DNA of 60,375 bases, filler included, from Thelocarpon superellum (taxonomy: Eukaryota): assembly GCA_026025795.1 (NCBI GenBank). It is 2 parts of 2 records of this genome, joined end to end, with 100 filler letters (N's around TTAATTAATTAA, not from the genome) between each part and the next. Parts side by side here need not be neighbours in the genome. Positions count along the whole stretch, not along the records: positions 1 to 30,147 come from JAPEUG010000207.1; positions 30,248 to 60,375 come from JAPEUG010000208.1. One strand, given 5' to 3'. The notes below the pieces were generated by a model, which was given only the letters and a program-made list of their open reading frames with translations, was not told the origin of the DNA and made no database searches. The position numbers were made by a program, and so were the translations under genes. This document shows, piece by piece, positions 24,834 through 37,399 of this stretch (the first letter of the stretch is position 1; each line of letters begins with the position of its first letter).

Positions 24834-26685
24834 GGTGGCCAGGCGAGACCCTCAGGAGGCAAGGAGCGTGTGAAGGACAGAATGAAGACTCGCGGAGCCA
24901 GGTCTACGGGCCGAGCGAGGTTGGGCTTGAAAGGGATCCGTCGCTGTTTGTTCCCGCGAGCCAGCGCGATCGAAACACGACACACGATACGGTCCAGAAT
25001 GCGTCGGAGCGAGCGTCGGTAGAGCAGCCAGGACCGGTACCTGAGCGAGGGTGATGGCGACAGTCGGTTGCCAGGATCACAGGAAAGAGATAAGACTCCG
25101 TCTGCCGTCCGATGGAAGAGAGGGTTTGGGTTGGCCTACGACCATGAAGAAGAGCCTCCTCCGTTTCTGCGCTGTACGAGTACGAGTAGGACGTGCCAGG
25201 GTGTCAACCGTGGTAAGCTTGCCGGGCCCTTCGTCGTTCGCTATGACGATCCTCTGCAACGCGGACGCGAAGAGCTGTTTCATCCTTCGCCCACCACAAT
25301 TCCAGGAGGGTTCCTGCACAAACAGGCCGTAGCCGAGCGACGCTGTTGAGATTGGTTGACACGACCGACGGACCCACTCGGTACGATGAGCACCGCGGCA
25401 GGCAGTCTACTCGCACCGAATCACAATTGAGGACTCGGTATGACGTTCCGCACAAGGCCAATGGCACTTCATCGCCCCCCTCGCGGCCGGGGCGCGAAGA
25501 CATGTGGCCCCTTGTCTGGTAATTTCAGAAATGTCGTCTTCGCCTGTCCGCGGTATGGATCTCCTTTTCGTGGTGCTCTAGCGTTCCAGTGTGCTGCAGC
25601 TGCTACAGGGGCCGCATTCCCTATTCCACTAATCGTGGGCACCGCAGTAGAGGAGATAAGACGGGCAGGTCGTGGTGTTTCAGCCACCGAAGCCTGCCTC
25701 CTACGTGTCGTTCGATCGTTATCTTAGAGCGGGCGGACACAACAGTGCGACTCGGAGTAGAAGGACTAGCAGTCTGCGCGCCGCCGGCTAGAGCATCGAA
25801 GAGTAGAGCTTTTAATGTGCCTGGTGGCACCTAGACTATGTTGAATGTCGATGCTGATGAAATGGAGAGTACTCCAGAGTCCAGACCACCCACTCAGTAA
25901 AGAGGAAAGCCCCCAGTAGCTCTGCTCATTTGCGGGTATCGAAGGTGATTAGCCCAGGCTTCGTGGGGGTGCGCAGATTGGTGTCCACCATATCTTACGG
26001 CACGGCGCACCGGTCGTACAACTTCCACAGGCACGTGTAGCGAGCTCCACCGAGTAATCTATGACGTGCGGGGAGCCACGAAAGTCGCTGCTCACGAGTA
26101 AAGCCCGACGCCCGGTCGTTGTTTCAGCTGTCTGGTCGCTTGCGGATCTACGTTGCGTCGTCCCAACGCACATTGGCACACCTGTCAGATTGCCAGTTCG
26201 GAAGTTTATACTAGTGTCGGTATGTCGGCCAACCGGAACAATGCAGGCGCAGCTATTTATGATCATGGTAGGGGCAACATGCACGGCGACGTGGCTGATC
26301 AAGGCACCGCGACCGTGCTTCAGGAAACGCGTGACAATGGGTTTCGGTGGTGCATTGATGCCATCGATGACGGCATTACGACACCAGCCGATCCAGATGT
26401 CGGCGGTGACAATTGTCACTTCAGTTCCTGCAAAGAGAATGACGTGGAGGGGAGCAATGCGCTAACTCAACATGGTTGACAAAGTGTCCAGGCTCAGACA
26501 ACATGAGGAGCAAGACCTTGCGGCACACAGGCCGAAACTCCCAGCATCCTCTTGCTCTCAGGCTACGTCTGCTCGGCTGAACGAAAGCCAAAATCCAGCT
26601 CCGTCTCGTTCTCTCCACCGAGCCGAAAGACACGCGGACGTCGTCGGAATAGATCCGCTGGCGACGCAGACCACATGCGCTTCCA

Positions 26686-28587
26686 CTACGGCCGCGCGCG
26701 TTTGGCCTCTTCCTCCTCCCGGATATGCTCGAGCGTGAGCTGGAGGATACCGATGGAGAGGTTCATTGTTCCCGGGTGCACGACCCGCGTGCGATACAGG
26801 CACTTGTATCCCCCGTAGAAGAGGAGGACGAGGGGCGCCGTCAGATAGGATTGGAAGAAGCTCGACGTGCGCTGCGCCGCGCTGAGGCTTTCGTAGCCGA
26901 TGGGCACGATGGCGGTGACGATTCGCAGGATGAGCGCCACGACGAACATTGTCAGGCCATACCACGATCCCGCCACCCCCACCGACGACCGGAAGGCCAG
27001 CTTCTCCAGCGAGTGTCCCTGCATCTTCCATGCCTGTCGGAAGCGGATGTGGCAGAGGCAGATGGAGGCCCAGGTGAAAATGCCTGCGAGACTTGAGATG
27101 GAAGTGAACCACTGCAGCACCGTGATCTGCGTGCTGGTCGCCGGCGCGCCTAGGTATGAGAGCAGGCCGATGACCAGCGCCATCAGGATGGCAAACACCG
27201 GCCGGCCGTGGCGATCGATGTAGCTCAGGAAGTGGGGCGCCTGCCGCTGTTCCGCTAGCGCGGCCAGGGTCCGCGTCGATGCATAAACGGATGAATTAGC
27301 CACCTCAAAGGTCGACAGGATGATGACGGCGCTGAAGACCGAGTCCACGCCGTGCACGCCGGCCCTCCTGATGGCGATGACGAACGGAGAGACCCCCGTG
27401 TCGCCAATCGCCGTCGATTTCTGCAGCAGACTCGGATCGTTATTCGGCACGATGAGCCCGACGAAGAGGAGCGAGATCACATAGCACTGCCCTCACGTCA
27501 GCCCCTTTTCGCCGACGACTCTCGCGATCGGTGCCGCATACAAAGGAAATGCGCCAAAACGTCTGCCGCACTGCGCGCGGGATCATCTGCCGCGGATGTT
27601 GCGTCTCGGCGGCACACAGTCCAATCAGTTCGGCCCCTTCGTATGCCAGTGCCGCCGTTGGGATGACGGTACAAAAGCCCTTGAAGCCGTTGACAAACGC
27701 CCCCGGATCGTGCCAGTACTCGCCGCCAATGAAATGCCCCTGCGGGCCACCCGCCAGGTCAATCACCAAGGCGAAGAGGCTTTGTCGTGTCAGCACCTCG
27801 TCAGCATGGTATGGCATATGGAATGCACTCACACGAATCCCGTGATAGCCGTGAGCTTAATGACCGTGACGACAAAGTCGACCTCGCCGTACCAGCGCAC
27901 GCCAAAGCTATTCACAACGGCCAGTGCCACGAGATAGACGTGATCCAGATGGCGGTGGGGATACCGCCTTTGGTCCAGAAGTCGACCGCGATCGAGGCCG
28001 CCGTATTCTCCAGCGGGATCAAGGTGAGCCATTGAATGGCATAGCTGCCAACGTTAAACCTGACAGTTGCAGACGCCGGGGCTCCAGGGCCGACCTACTT
28101 CCACCCCATGGCAAAATCCCAGGCTGGATCTAGGAATCGCGTCGAATAGGCGGAGAAGGAGCCGGCCACAGGGAAAATGACGGCCATTTCGCCCAAAGCC
28201 TGGGACATGCAATAGATGGCCGTCCCCGCGATGACAAAGGCCAGGAACAAGGAGCCAGGGCCTGCGACGGCCAAGAGAGCGCCGGTGTTGATGAAGAGCC
28301 CAGCGCCTGCGTTGCGGGTCAGCAAGAATCGTCCACGGGCTCGTCGTAAATGTGGCCGCACCGATGGCTCCGCCCACGGCAATCATCTGGAGATGGCGGG
28401 CATTCAGCTGCCGCGCCAAGGGCGAGCGGGCCGTCGCCTCGTACCCATCTTCCAGATCCCAACCCTTGTCATCGGCGCGGAGGAGGCCGTGGGGCACAAC
28501 GCGGGCATTGGGGTCGCGCCGGAATCCGTAGAGGATGTCTTGGAAGAAGGTCTTGGTTGAGCGAGCCTGAGATGGAGCTCCCTTCAT
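26686..28587 (-). pseudogene. Gap1-like amino-acid permease (APC/YAT family), apparently disrupted
   Basis: Has RHLQMIAVGGAIGAGLF, ALGEMAVIFPVAGSF, YSTRFLDP, GELIG-like AELIG and SPFVIA. A 1-bp deletion at 27939/27940 and an in-frame TAG at 26686-26688 disrupt the frame. Confidence 0.75.
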
Positions 28588-29206
28588 GGCGGTGCGTGAG
28601 ACGAGCGATGGAGTGAAGGCGGAGGGAAGCCCAAGAAAACGGACGACAATAGCGGATTCACGCTCTAGTGGCGGGTCTGACGGTCATGATATTTCATGCT
28701 GGAGCCAAGCTGACCGATGCTGAACCTGTGTTGGAACTATGTTGAATCCTCACGCTGTCACCGGCCCCACTGGTCCCGGCAGTCGAAGGCAGAGTTTCCT
28801 GGTCCGGGCTATGGCGCTGTGGCTGGCTCGCTAGAGACGCCCCGCGGCCGCCCTCGAGCCTCCGAGGGTGTGGGGAACGGAGATGGGCGAGCTTGGAGAG
28901 CGTGCGACTGGCAACAACACGCCAGGCCAGCATACCATACAAGGATTGAGAGGCAGAATACGAAGTTATCTACCCGTGTTGTGCCACCGATACTATCTAC
29001 GGTACTCTACCGCGGAGTATTCGTGCCCTTGACAATCAGGATAGCCGAAGGGAAGGAAGCAGAACACGCGCCAAATGAGCAGCACCAGGACGGATCTGAT
29101 ATTTCCTTACCTGGCACTACCTGTAATTTGGGGGATTGGGGTCAATAATCCCCAAGCCCGTACTCGTACTTGTGTTCGTGCCACGCGGCGCCTCACACCG
29201 TCCGAT

Positions 29207-29464
29207 GTGGGCGTGGGCGTGGGCGTGGGCGTGGGCGTGGGCGTGGGCGTGGGCGTGGGCGTGGGCGTGGGCGTGGGCGTGGGCGTGGGCGTGGGCGTGG
29301 GCGTGGGCGTGGGCGGGGGCGTGGGCGTGGGCGTGGGCGTGGGCGTGGGCGTGGGCGTGGGCGTGGGCGTGGGCGTGGGCGTGGGCGTGGGCGTGGGCGT
29401 GGGCAGGGGCGTGGGCGTGGGCGTGGGCGTGAGTGTGGGCGTGGGTGTGGGCGTGGGTGTGGGC
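29207..29464. repeat. (GTGGGC)n hexanucleotide array, about 43 units
   Basis: Read directly. A few variant units (GGGGGC, AGGGGC, GTGAGT, GTGGGT) occur, mostly at the 3' end. Confidence 0.97.
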
Positions 29465-30147
29465 ATTGGCGAGAGATCCCCAAGTGTCCGGAGCTATGAC
29501 GCATGGTCCGACGCGAGAGCCAGGGGCGGCTCGCGACAGCGGGACCCACGCCCCACCAGCGCGGCCCTGGACCCGACGCCCGCGCTGCTTGGACGTGTCC
29601 GCCACATTGGTGCGTCCACGCCGCAGAATTTGGGGGACCTTTGACTTCAGGTGGAAGACATGGTCAAATCCGGAGCTTTGAAAAACCTGGGAAGTTCCGC
29701 AGTGAGCATCCCCGCAGCCGGCAGATGGAGATCGATTCATATACAAGTACCAGTACGAAGATATTAGAAGGTAATACCTTCAACAAGTATAAGCCTTACG
29801 ATACCATATCAGACCCTACGTCAAGGCGTGGGCATCACCTACTACGACTAACGTATGATTTACCGCGCATTCGTACTACTCGTACTACTCGTACTGGTAA
29901 AGCTTTCGGCCCATGTTCACCCACTACTTCGCCTCTGGCTCAGAATCTTGGTCTAACACCCATAATAGCTTCCTTCCCCGTGCAAGCTGCATGTTCCTCA
30001 ACCGGAGCATGCGCTTGACACCCGTCACACGCGGCACGCACCTCTTCCGGTTCCATCTTTTGGTTGGGCATGCCATACTTTCCTCAACCGTCGCCACGGC
30101 CATGATTGTTGGTACTTCGTACATCGCCGATGGTACCGTTGTAAGAC

Positions 30148-30247
30148 NNNNNNNNNNNNNNNNNNNNNNNNNNNNNNNNNNNNNNNNNNNNTTAATTAAT
30201 TAANNNNNNNNNNNNNNNNNNNNNNNNNNNNNNNNNNNNNNNNNNNN
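30148..30247. other. Assembly gap: 100-nt N spacer containing a TTAATTAATTAA linker
   Basis: 44 N + TTAATTAATTAA (30192-30203, stops in all six frames) + 44 N. Confidence 0.95.
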
Positions 30248-30320
30248 TCGGACGTTGACCAATTGATCTCATCTACCGCTCCCTTCAGTGTGAGCGTACT
30301 CTGCTTCTTTGCTTGACATC

Positions 30321-32205
30321 ATGGAGGCCCTCTTGCACCAGTCCCGCACCCTCTGTCCCTTCCTGAACAAGGCCTCGCCCGCCACCCTTCGTTCGCTGTC
30401 GACCACGACCGCCCGCCCGACTTCGCCCTGTGGGAGCACCATGTCCAACCTGCAGGTCGTCGCACGCCGCTGCCCCGTTATGAGCAAAGCCTTGGCCGTC
30501 CAGAGCGTTCGTGTTGGACGCCGCAGTGTCGGTGTTGGGTTGCACAGCGCTCGCGCCCACAGTGGCAAGGCGCGGTTGCACACAAGCCGTGTGCAGGAAG
30601 CACAGGCGGTCGACGTCGGCCTTTTCGGTCAAAACAAGGGCAAGTATGCCGTGCTCCGAATCAAATATGCATGCTGACCTGTGACTTTCTACAGCATCCT
30701 ACCCACGTCCCGCGAAATCGGCCGGCAAGCCTGCGTCTCCCGGTATGGCGACGGCCCAGGCTCCATTCGACTACGATGGCTTCTACCAAGCTGAGCTCGA
30801 CAAGAAGCACCGTGACAAGTCGTACCGCTACTTCAACAACATCAATCGACTGGCGAAAGAATTTCCCCGCGCCCACATGTCGTCGAAAGACGACCACGTG
30901 ACGGTGTGGTGTTCGAATGACTACCTGGGCATGGGTCGAAATCCACAGGTGCTCAAGACAATGCACGACACCCTGAACACCTATGGCGCCGGCGCCGGCG
31001 GGACACGGAACATCTCCGGCCACAACCAGCACGCCGTGGGCCTGGAAGCCACCGTCGCCACACTCCACGCCAAGGAGGCGGGCCTCGTCTTTTCCTCGTG
31101 CTACGTGGCCAACGACGCAACGCTCGCGACGCTCGGCAGCAAACTACCCAACTGCGTCATCCTGAGCGACTCCATGAATCACGCCAGCATGATCCAGGGC
31201 ATTCGTCATTCCGGGGCGAAGAAGATCGTGTTCAACCACAACGACGTGGTGGATCTGGAGGAGAAGCTAGCCGGCCTCCCGCGTGAGGTACCCAAGTTAA
31301 TTGCGTTCGAGAGCGTCTACTCCATGTGCGGCTCCATCGGGCCCATCGAGGCCATCTGCGACCTGGCGGAGAAGTACGGGGCCATCACCTTTCTCGACGA
31401 AGTTCATGCGGTGGGTATGTACGGACCCCACGGCGCCGGCGTGGCCGAACACCTAGACTACGACGCGCACGCAGCGGGGCGCACCAAGGGCACCGTCATG
31501 GATCGGGTGGACATCATCACGGGCACTCTGGGCAAGGCGTATGGGTGCGTGGGCGGGTATATTGCTGGGTCCGCTAAGATGGTCGACACCATCCGTTCCT
31601 TGGCCCCTGGCTTCATCTTTACCACGTCGCTGCCTCCGGCGACTATGGCTGGCGCGCAGACCTCGATCGAGTACCAGATGGCTTACCACGGAGACCGTCG
31701 CCTCCAGCAGCTGCACACGCGTGCGGTCAAGGCGGCGCTCTCGGCGCAAGATATCCCCGTCATTCCGAACCCAAGTCACATCATCCCGGTGCTGGTGGGA
31801 AATGCCGAAGTGGCGAAGCGGGCGAGTGACCTCCTTCTGGAGGAGCATGACATCTATGTGCAAGCCATCAACTATCCCACCGTGCCCGTGGGTCAGGAGC
31901 GGCTGCGCATCACCCCGACCCCCGGCCATGTCCGCGAGTACCGCGATCATCTCGTCAACGCCATCGATCGCGTCTGGACGAAACTGGACATCAAGCGCAC
32001 GAGTGCCTGGGCGGCCGAGGGGGGCTTCATTGGTGTAGGTGAGGCCTTGGCGAGCGAGGAGCAGCCGCTGTGGACGGACAAGCAGCTGGGTCTAGACGCG
32101 ATGATGGGGGATGTGCGGGCGGGAGGCGAGATCGCTGGGGCCATGGAGTCCATGCTCGAAAAGGAGCTTGGAACCACACCCCGGGTGGTTACCGCCGTTG
32201 CGTAG
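30321..32205 (+). CDS. HEM1: Mitochondrial 5-aminolevulinate synthase, one GC-AG intron (30640-30694)
   Basis: Presequence with CP motifs. Has [39 protein letters not shown], the PLP lysine in GTLGKAYG, and QAINYPTV. Confidence 0.96.
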
Positions 32206-33880
32206 TCGGAGGATGACCTGCTGTTCATGGCACATAAGGTCGTGGTATTTCTGAGGGGGACGATGTTCATTGGGGGCAGAGGGGTTCACTTGGCTGCTTG
32301 GAATCTTGTCGATCAGAGGTAGTCTTGGTATCATCTTCGCACAACTATCGCACGCATTCGTAAGAACTCCCCCTACCGAAACATTCTTGGATGGTAGGGG
32401 CTCTTTAAACGGCTCCGTGGCCGTTGACGTGAGGGACTCTAGAAGCCCCTGTAATCATATCACGTGATGGAGTAAACGAGACACGAGAAACCACAGGGGC
32501 GGCGGAGATCTCGATTCGTTTGCCCGCCCTGCACTTTCATCCACATCCTATATATATAGAACCTATGCCATCGAGATCCGTTCAGGCTTGTGAGCAGGTG
32601 TACGTCTTATCCCGTTATACGCTGAGACTGTATTCTGTGTCCCATACCTTGGCAAGTGTCGTTCAAACCTCATGGATCCTGAGTTGCCGCGTTATGCCTT
32701 GCCGGTCCAGCTGGATTGTACAAAGACCACGTCGTCTGTCTCCAGCATGCTGGTGATCCGATGACACAGCAAGCCAGCCATGAGATGTCTGGCCTGAGGA
32801 TCTCTTGAACGTGTGATATCAGTGACCAGAATCGGCGAGGGACCTGAGCTTCTGTCGTGACCGGTGTGAAACGAAGCCGAGCGTAAAGCCCCGTCCCGGA
32901 CACCTCGGATTCGACTTCTGCATAAGTCCGGCTTCCTTGTTGCCAGAATCGTGTTGGTATCGCGTGGCTCTGTCGACCTGATCCCAAGACCTTTTCCCAT
33001 GTTAGGCCGGGTGCTCGTGACGAATGAACGCGGTATGATTCCGCAACAGGCAGTGCCGTGGACGTCTGAGTCATATACCGTTCGATCCTGCTGTTCATTG
33101 ATGAGTTCGATGCCTTGCCGTGCTCTCAATCTATACGGTACGCCTTTGCGAGCCCGGCTTGTCCCCTAAAATCCGAACGGACCCGGCTCTCCGACTAGTC
33201 TCGTGCCGGGGCCAGGGAGTGCTGCTGTCACTGCGTACTGCAGTACTCCCGATCACGGCAGAGGAAGCGGCCCTTGAAGACTCGCACCAGCTAACCGTCG
33301 CCTAGCTCACTGCCAGCATCATCCGTTCGGATGTGAATTGTCAATCTGCAGATGAACATCTCCAAATCGCAGCGGACGAGATTGGTCGACAACATCACTC
33401 TCAGATACTTACTTATTCACGGTCATCACTAATTCAATCTGTCCTATCGCCCCTTCGGTGCCATTATGGCGAATCTCGGAGCTAAAATAAGCAATCCATG
33501 TTCATCATCCAAGCGAACAAGTGTTGCCATTCACGACATCTCACCGCCAACGCGTCCCTTCAAGGCACCTCGGATGCTAATAGAGAGTGTTGAGATGCTT
33601 CACTCATATGTAGGGCTGGGAAGATCAATCCCACAAAGCGAAAGGTCGTCCGGTCAGTCAACATCCTGTTTCTTACCTTCCGCGTCTCGACCTTTCCAAA
33701 CACACAAGAAGCTCCAGATCTCCAGTGCAGAGTGTACGACCAAGACAGTATCTCCCGTCCGCCCCAACATTCGTTGCTCCTCTCGATCCATCATCCGCCA
33801 TTGCCTGTCGTCGATCCCGCACTTGATCATTCTCTAGAATCCATTCTTGAACTGTAATCGTTCGAACCTGTCTAACTAAG

Positions 33881-35281
33881 ATGGATCACCAGAGTCTCTG
33901 CGCCATCTTCTTCCTTCTGGTCCTGTATGCTATCCAATTCCTCCGTGCTTCGATTGGACGAGAAGCTAACCTGGTCATAGGTTCTATCGCTATGTGCGCC
34001 TACTTCTCCTCGTGGTCGGGTACTCGCACTACCGCCCGATCCCTTGCCCAGAGAAGCCGACCCTTCTCCCAAAGGACGTTACGGTGATCATCCCGACGAT
34101 CAATGGTGTCGGAGATGCATTCGTCGAATGTCTACGGTCCATTGCCGCCTCCAACCCGTTCGCGATTTACATTGCCACGGTTGATTGGGAACTCGTGCGT
34201 CTGCAGCGACTGGCGAAGGAGCTTGGATTCGGCAACGTCCGCGTGCTTTCTATCGACTGCGCTTCGAAGCGACTTCAGCTTAGCCATGCTGTGAAGTCCG
34301 TCTCGACGAAGATCACCGTGTTTGCGGACGACGACGTCTACTGGCCTGAAGGGTACCTGACAAAGGTCCTGGCGCCGCTTGAAGATCCGGAAGTCGGTGG
34401 CGCTGGGTCCCTGCAGCGAGCCGTCCGCACCGGCACCCCGAACATGTGGAATGCACTAAGCGCCTTCTACTTGGCTCGTCGCATGTTTTGGGTCTGCGCC
34501 ACTCAGTTCCTCGATGGGGGCATCACCACGCTGGCCGGACGGACCCAGATTATCCGCACGAGCATTCTCGACGACGACTTCATCACCAGCTTCCAGAATG
34601 ACCTGTGGATCGGCCGGTATCCTCTTGCCCGGGTCGATGACGACAAGTTCATCACCCGATGGCTCTTTACCCACGGCTGGAAGATTAAAATCCAATCTGA
34701 CCCAAGCGCGGCAATGACGACCAATCTACACACGGATTCTCGCTTCCTGGGTCAGTGCTTCCGATGGGCCCGGACCAGCTGGCGTGGCAACTTTACCACG
34801 CTACTCCAGGACTGGCAGATATTGAGGTAAGCCCTGACTTTTCGTCCATTGGATCAAAGCATTGGCGGAAGCTGACTCTCCACAACAGGGAGCAGCCCTT
34901 CTCCTTCTACATCACCTATCTCCGCACCCTTCAGCCGCCGACGGTGCTCTACGACTTTGTGCTCCTGTACTCGCTCTGGTACGCGACGGAATCGTGGACG
35001 ATGGTCAACCGATCGACCGCGGTGACATACTTGGTCGTGTGGATGATCATCGCCAAGGCCATCAAGCTGATCCCGCATTTCTGCAATTTTCCTCGCGACA
35101 TCTACTATCTCCCAGCGTCGATCATCTTTGGATACCTGCACGGCTTCATCAACGTCTACGCGCTGTTCACGACGTATCAGGTTCGTTTCCGTCTCCCCTA
35201 TTCGCAAGTAGGAGGTGCTAACGTCCGCGGCAGCTCAATTGGGGAAGCATCGCCAAGCCTGAGGTGATCAAGACTGAGTAG
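33881..35281 (+). CDS. Membrane-bound processive glycosyltransferase family 2 (Cps1/hyaluronan-synthase-like), 3 introns
   Basis: Has VTVIIPTI, a DxD motif (FADDDVYWP), GRT, DDDKFITRW, QxxRW (QCFRWAR), C-terminal TM helices and a terminal NWGS. Confidence 0.85.
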
Positions 35282-37352
35282 AGAATTTCAGGGCAAGATG
35301 CGGAGCTTTCGACGCAGCCAGTTGGGTGACTGCGCATGGCAAGAGTTGGGAATGTCAAGGCTGTGCCGGTTTCCATCGCCTGTTAGACCACAGCTGACGC
35401 GAGTCATACCAGACGACGATTAGGTACGACGATAGACTTCGATGCTAGAATTGACCCCGATGTTAGACCGAACAACGAAGAGTAGATGCAATTCAAACAA
35501 TGTGATCTCTTGCCGCCTCGATCCATCTTGGCCGTCAGCCATATTCCTCCAGGCTTCTTCGACGATGCTTGCTTCATGTAGTCTATTTCACATTGCTTCG
35601 TTGTGGCGAGTCGCCCCCATCCTCTCTCACGAGTCTCCCTCTAGGTACATTACATGATCGGAAGGGTTGACATCGGGAACTGGGACATGGGACATGGACA
35701 ACGGGAAATGAAAACGCGCGCATCGCGGTGACCCGTCCAACTCATTTATCTGTTCCCCGCCGACTCGGCCCCGTCCCGTGTCCAGCGCCGCCCGGCCTAG
35801 AAATCGTCAGCAATTTCTCAATTTCCCGCACCCCAATATTGCGAGGAGGCTGACCCTCAGCCCTGTGCGCCGTTCATCGCAGTCGCGGTTTCGACACGTG
35901 TAAATAAAGCAGGACGGAGGCGATCAGGGTCCACCACGTGAGCATCAGGCCCAGGAGGAGCATGATGGGGCTCATATCTGCTCTTGAAGCTACTCACCCA
36001 TCAGCACCCAATGATTGCAGTCACACGAAACCGGCGAACGCGCACGCACCCCAATGGGAACTGTGTCCTTGTTCGAGGTTGAACCCGACGTCGAGGAGTC
36101 CAAGGTGCGCAATTGGTCCAATTGGATGGTTTTGAAGGCCGTTTCTTCGCCGTACAGCTTCTATTTTCAAGGAGGGGTCCTAGATAATGGCGGCTGAGGA
36201 AATTGAGGAGGCGGAAGAGGAGGAGGCAGAGGAGACCTGAATCGATCGCAGGGACGGGACGGAAACGACTGTTGTGCGCGACCGGACAGTGGTGTTGAAG
36301 GATAGCCTGCCATCTTAGCAAGGCGCGTCGACGAAAGCAAGAGGTACGCGATCTCGCAGGTTGTGCGGAATAACACAGAAGTGAATTGCTTCATCGCTTG
36401 ACATGTTGTCGGTCTGGTGTTGGCTGGTCATCAACGTCTCTGTGATCCAAAGCGAATGGCTTCTACTCAGCAGCTGAACCCTCGACACATTAACGCTTTG
36501 TCGCTCTCTTCACACACAGGCTGTGAGTGCAGACAACCACAGAGGAGCCTGTAGCCATTGAGCACCACAGGTGCTCAAGAAGAACCAGTGCACGGCATGG
36601 ATGAGTCCGTGAGACATGTTTACCACTACACGACCCACGAACAAAGATTTGAGCAGCACATGTGAAAACATGAGCGATTCGATCCAGCCTGAGCTTTACA
36701 CAACGTACGACACATATTGGTGGCCTTCAGATTGTTCAAGTGCCATCATCATGGCGATGGGTGATAGACATAGCGACGTCGATGTTGGGGATGTCTTGTG
36801 ACCCAACAACCCTGAGGTGCAACGTGCAAAACACACCCGCTGCTTACCACGGTGCATTGGCATGTTTGCGGAGCTGAATCATCATCGTAGCGATTTGGCG
36901 TAGGCGACCGCTAGGAGGTCTAACTCGATTCTAATTGGATGAGGAGCTCCTCATGATCGACAGCGGGCGAGTCCCAACGAGGAGGCCGCCCGACTATCAC
37001 CGCAGGTAATTTCCAATCTCACAAGCAAGGTCAGGCTGTCATCATCTGCCTGACTGATGAAGGCAGGCAAGGAATTGCTCGCGCGATGAAGCCGGCACAA
37101 GGCGAAAGTAGCCGTCTTGTGACAGCAGCAAGGGTAATGAGGGTCTCCACCCCACGGCACAAACCTGTTTCAGCCGACGAGAGACACCATCGCCACCCCT
37201 CGCCTGTGACATGGACCAGCGCTTTCCGGACAGACCACGGATCGAGACAAGGTAGTAGGATTCGGTACCTCCATCTCATTCTCGATACAGTTGACGGTGC
37301 ACGTCCTCGTGCCAGTCTGGGCGACCTCCGTGGCGCCAGAGGATCGATTAGA

Positions 37353-37399
37353 CGAGGGGGCGAGGGGCGAGGGGCGAGGGGCGAGGGGCGAGGGGCGAC
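37353..37399. repeat. (CGAGGGG)n heptanucleotide repeat, about 6 units
   Basis: Read directly from the sequence. Confidence 0.9.

Noticed and set aside
25050..26550. Several 70-156 aa ORFs between MscS and the permease
   Set aside because: They show no motifs, codon bias or coherent splice structure.
29075..29746. ORFs with GV/PT/AH/WA/RG repeats
   Set aside because: They are translations of the (GTGGGC)n array, which has no stops in any frame.
36598..36620. GATGAGTCCGTGAGAC resembling a hammerhead ribozyme core
   Set aside because: It lacks the required CUGA start and the GAAA after stem II.
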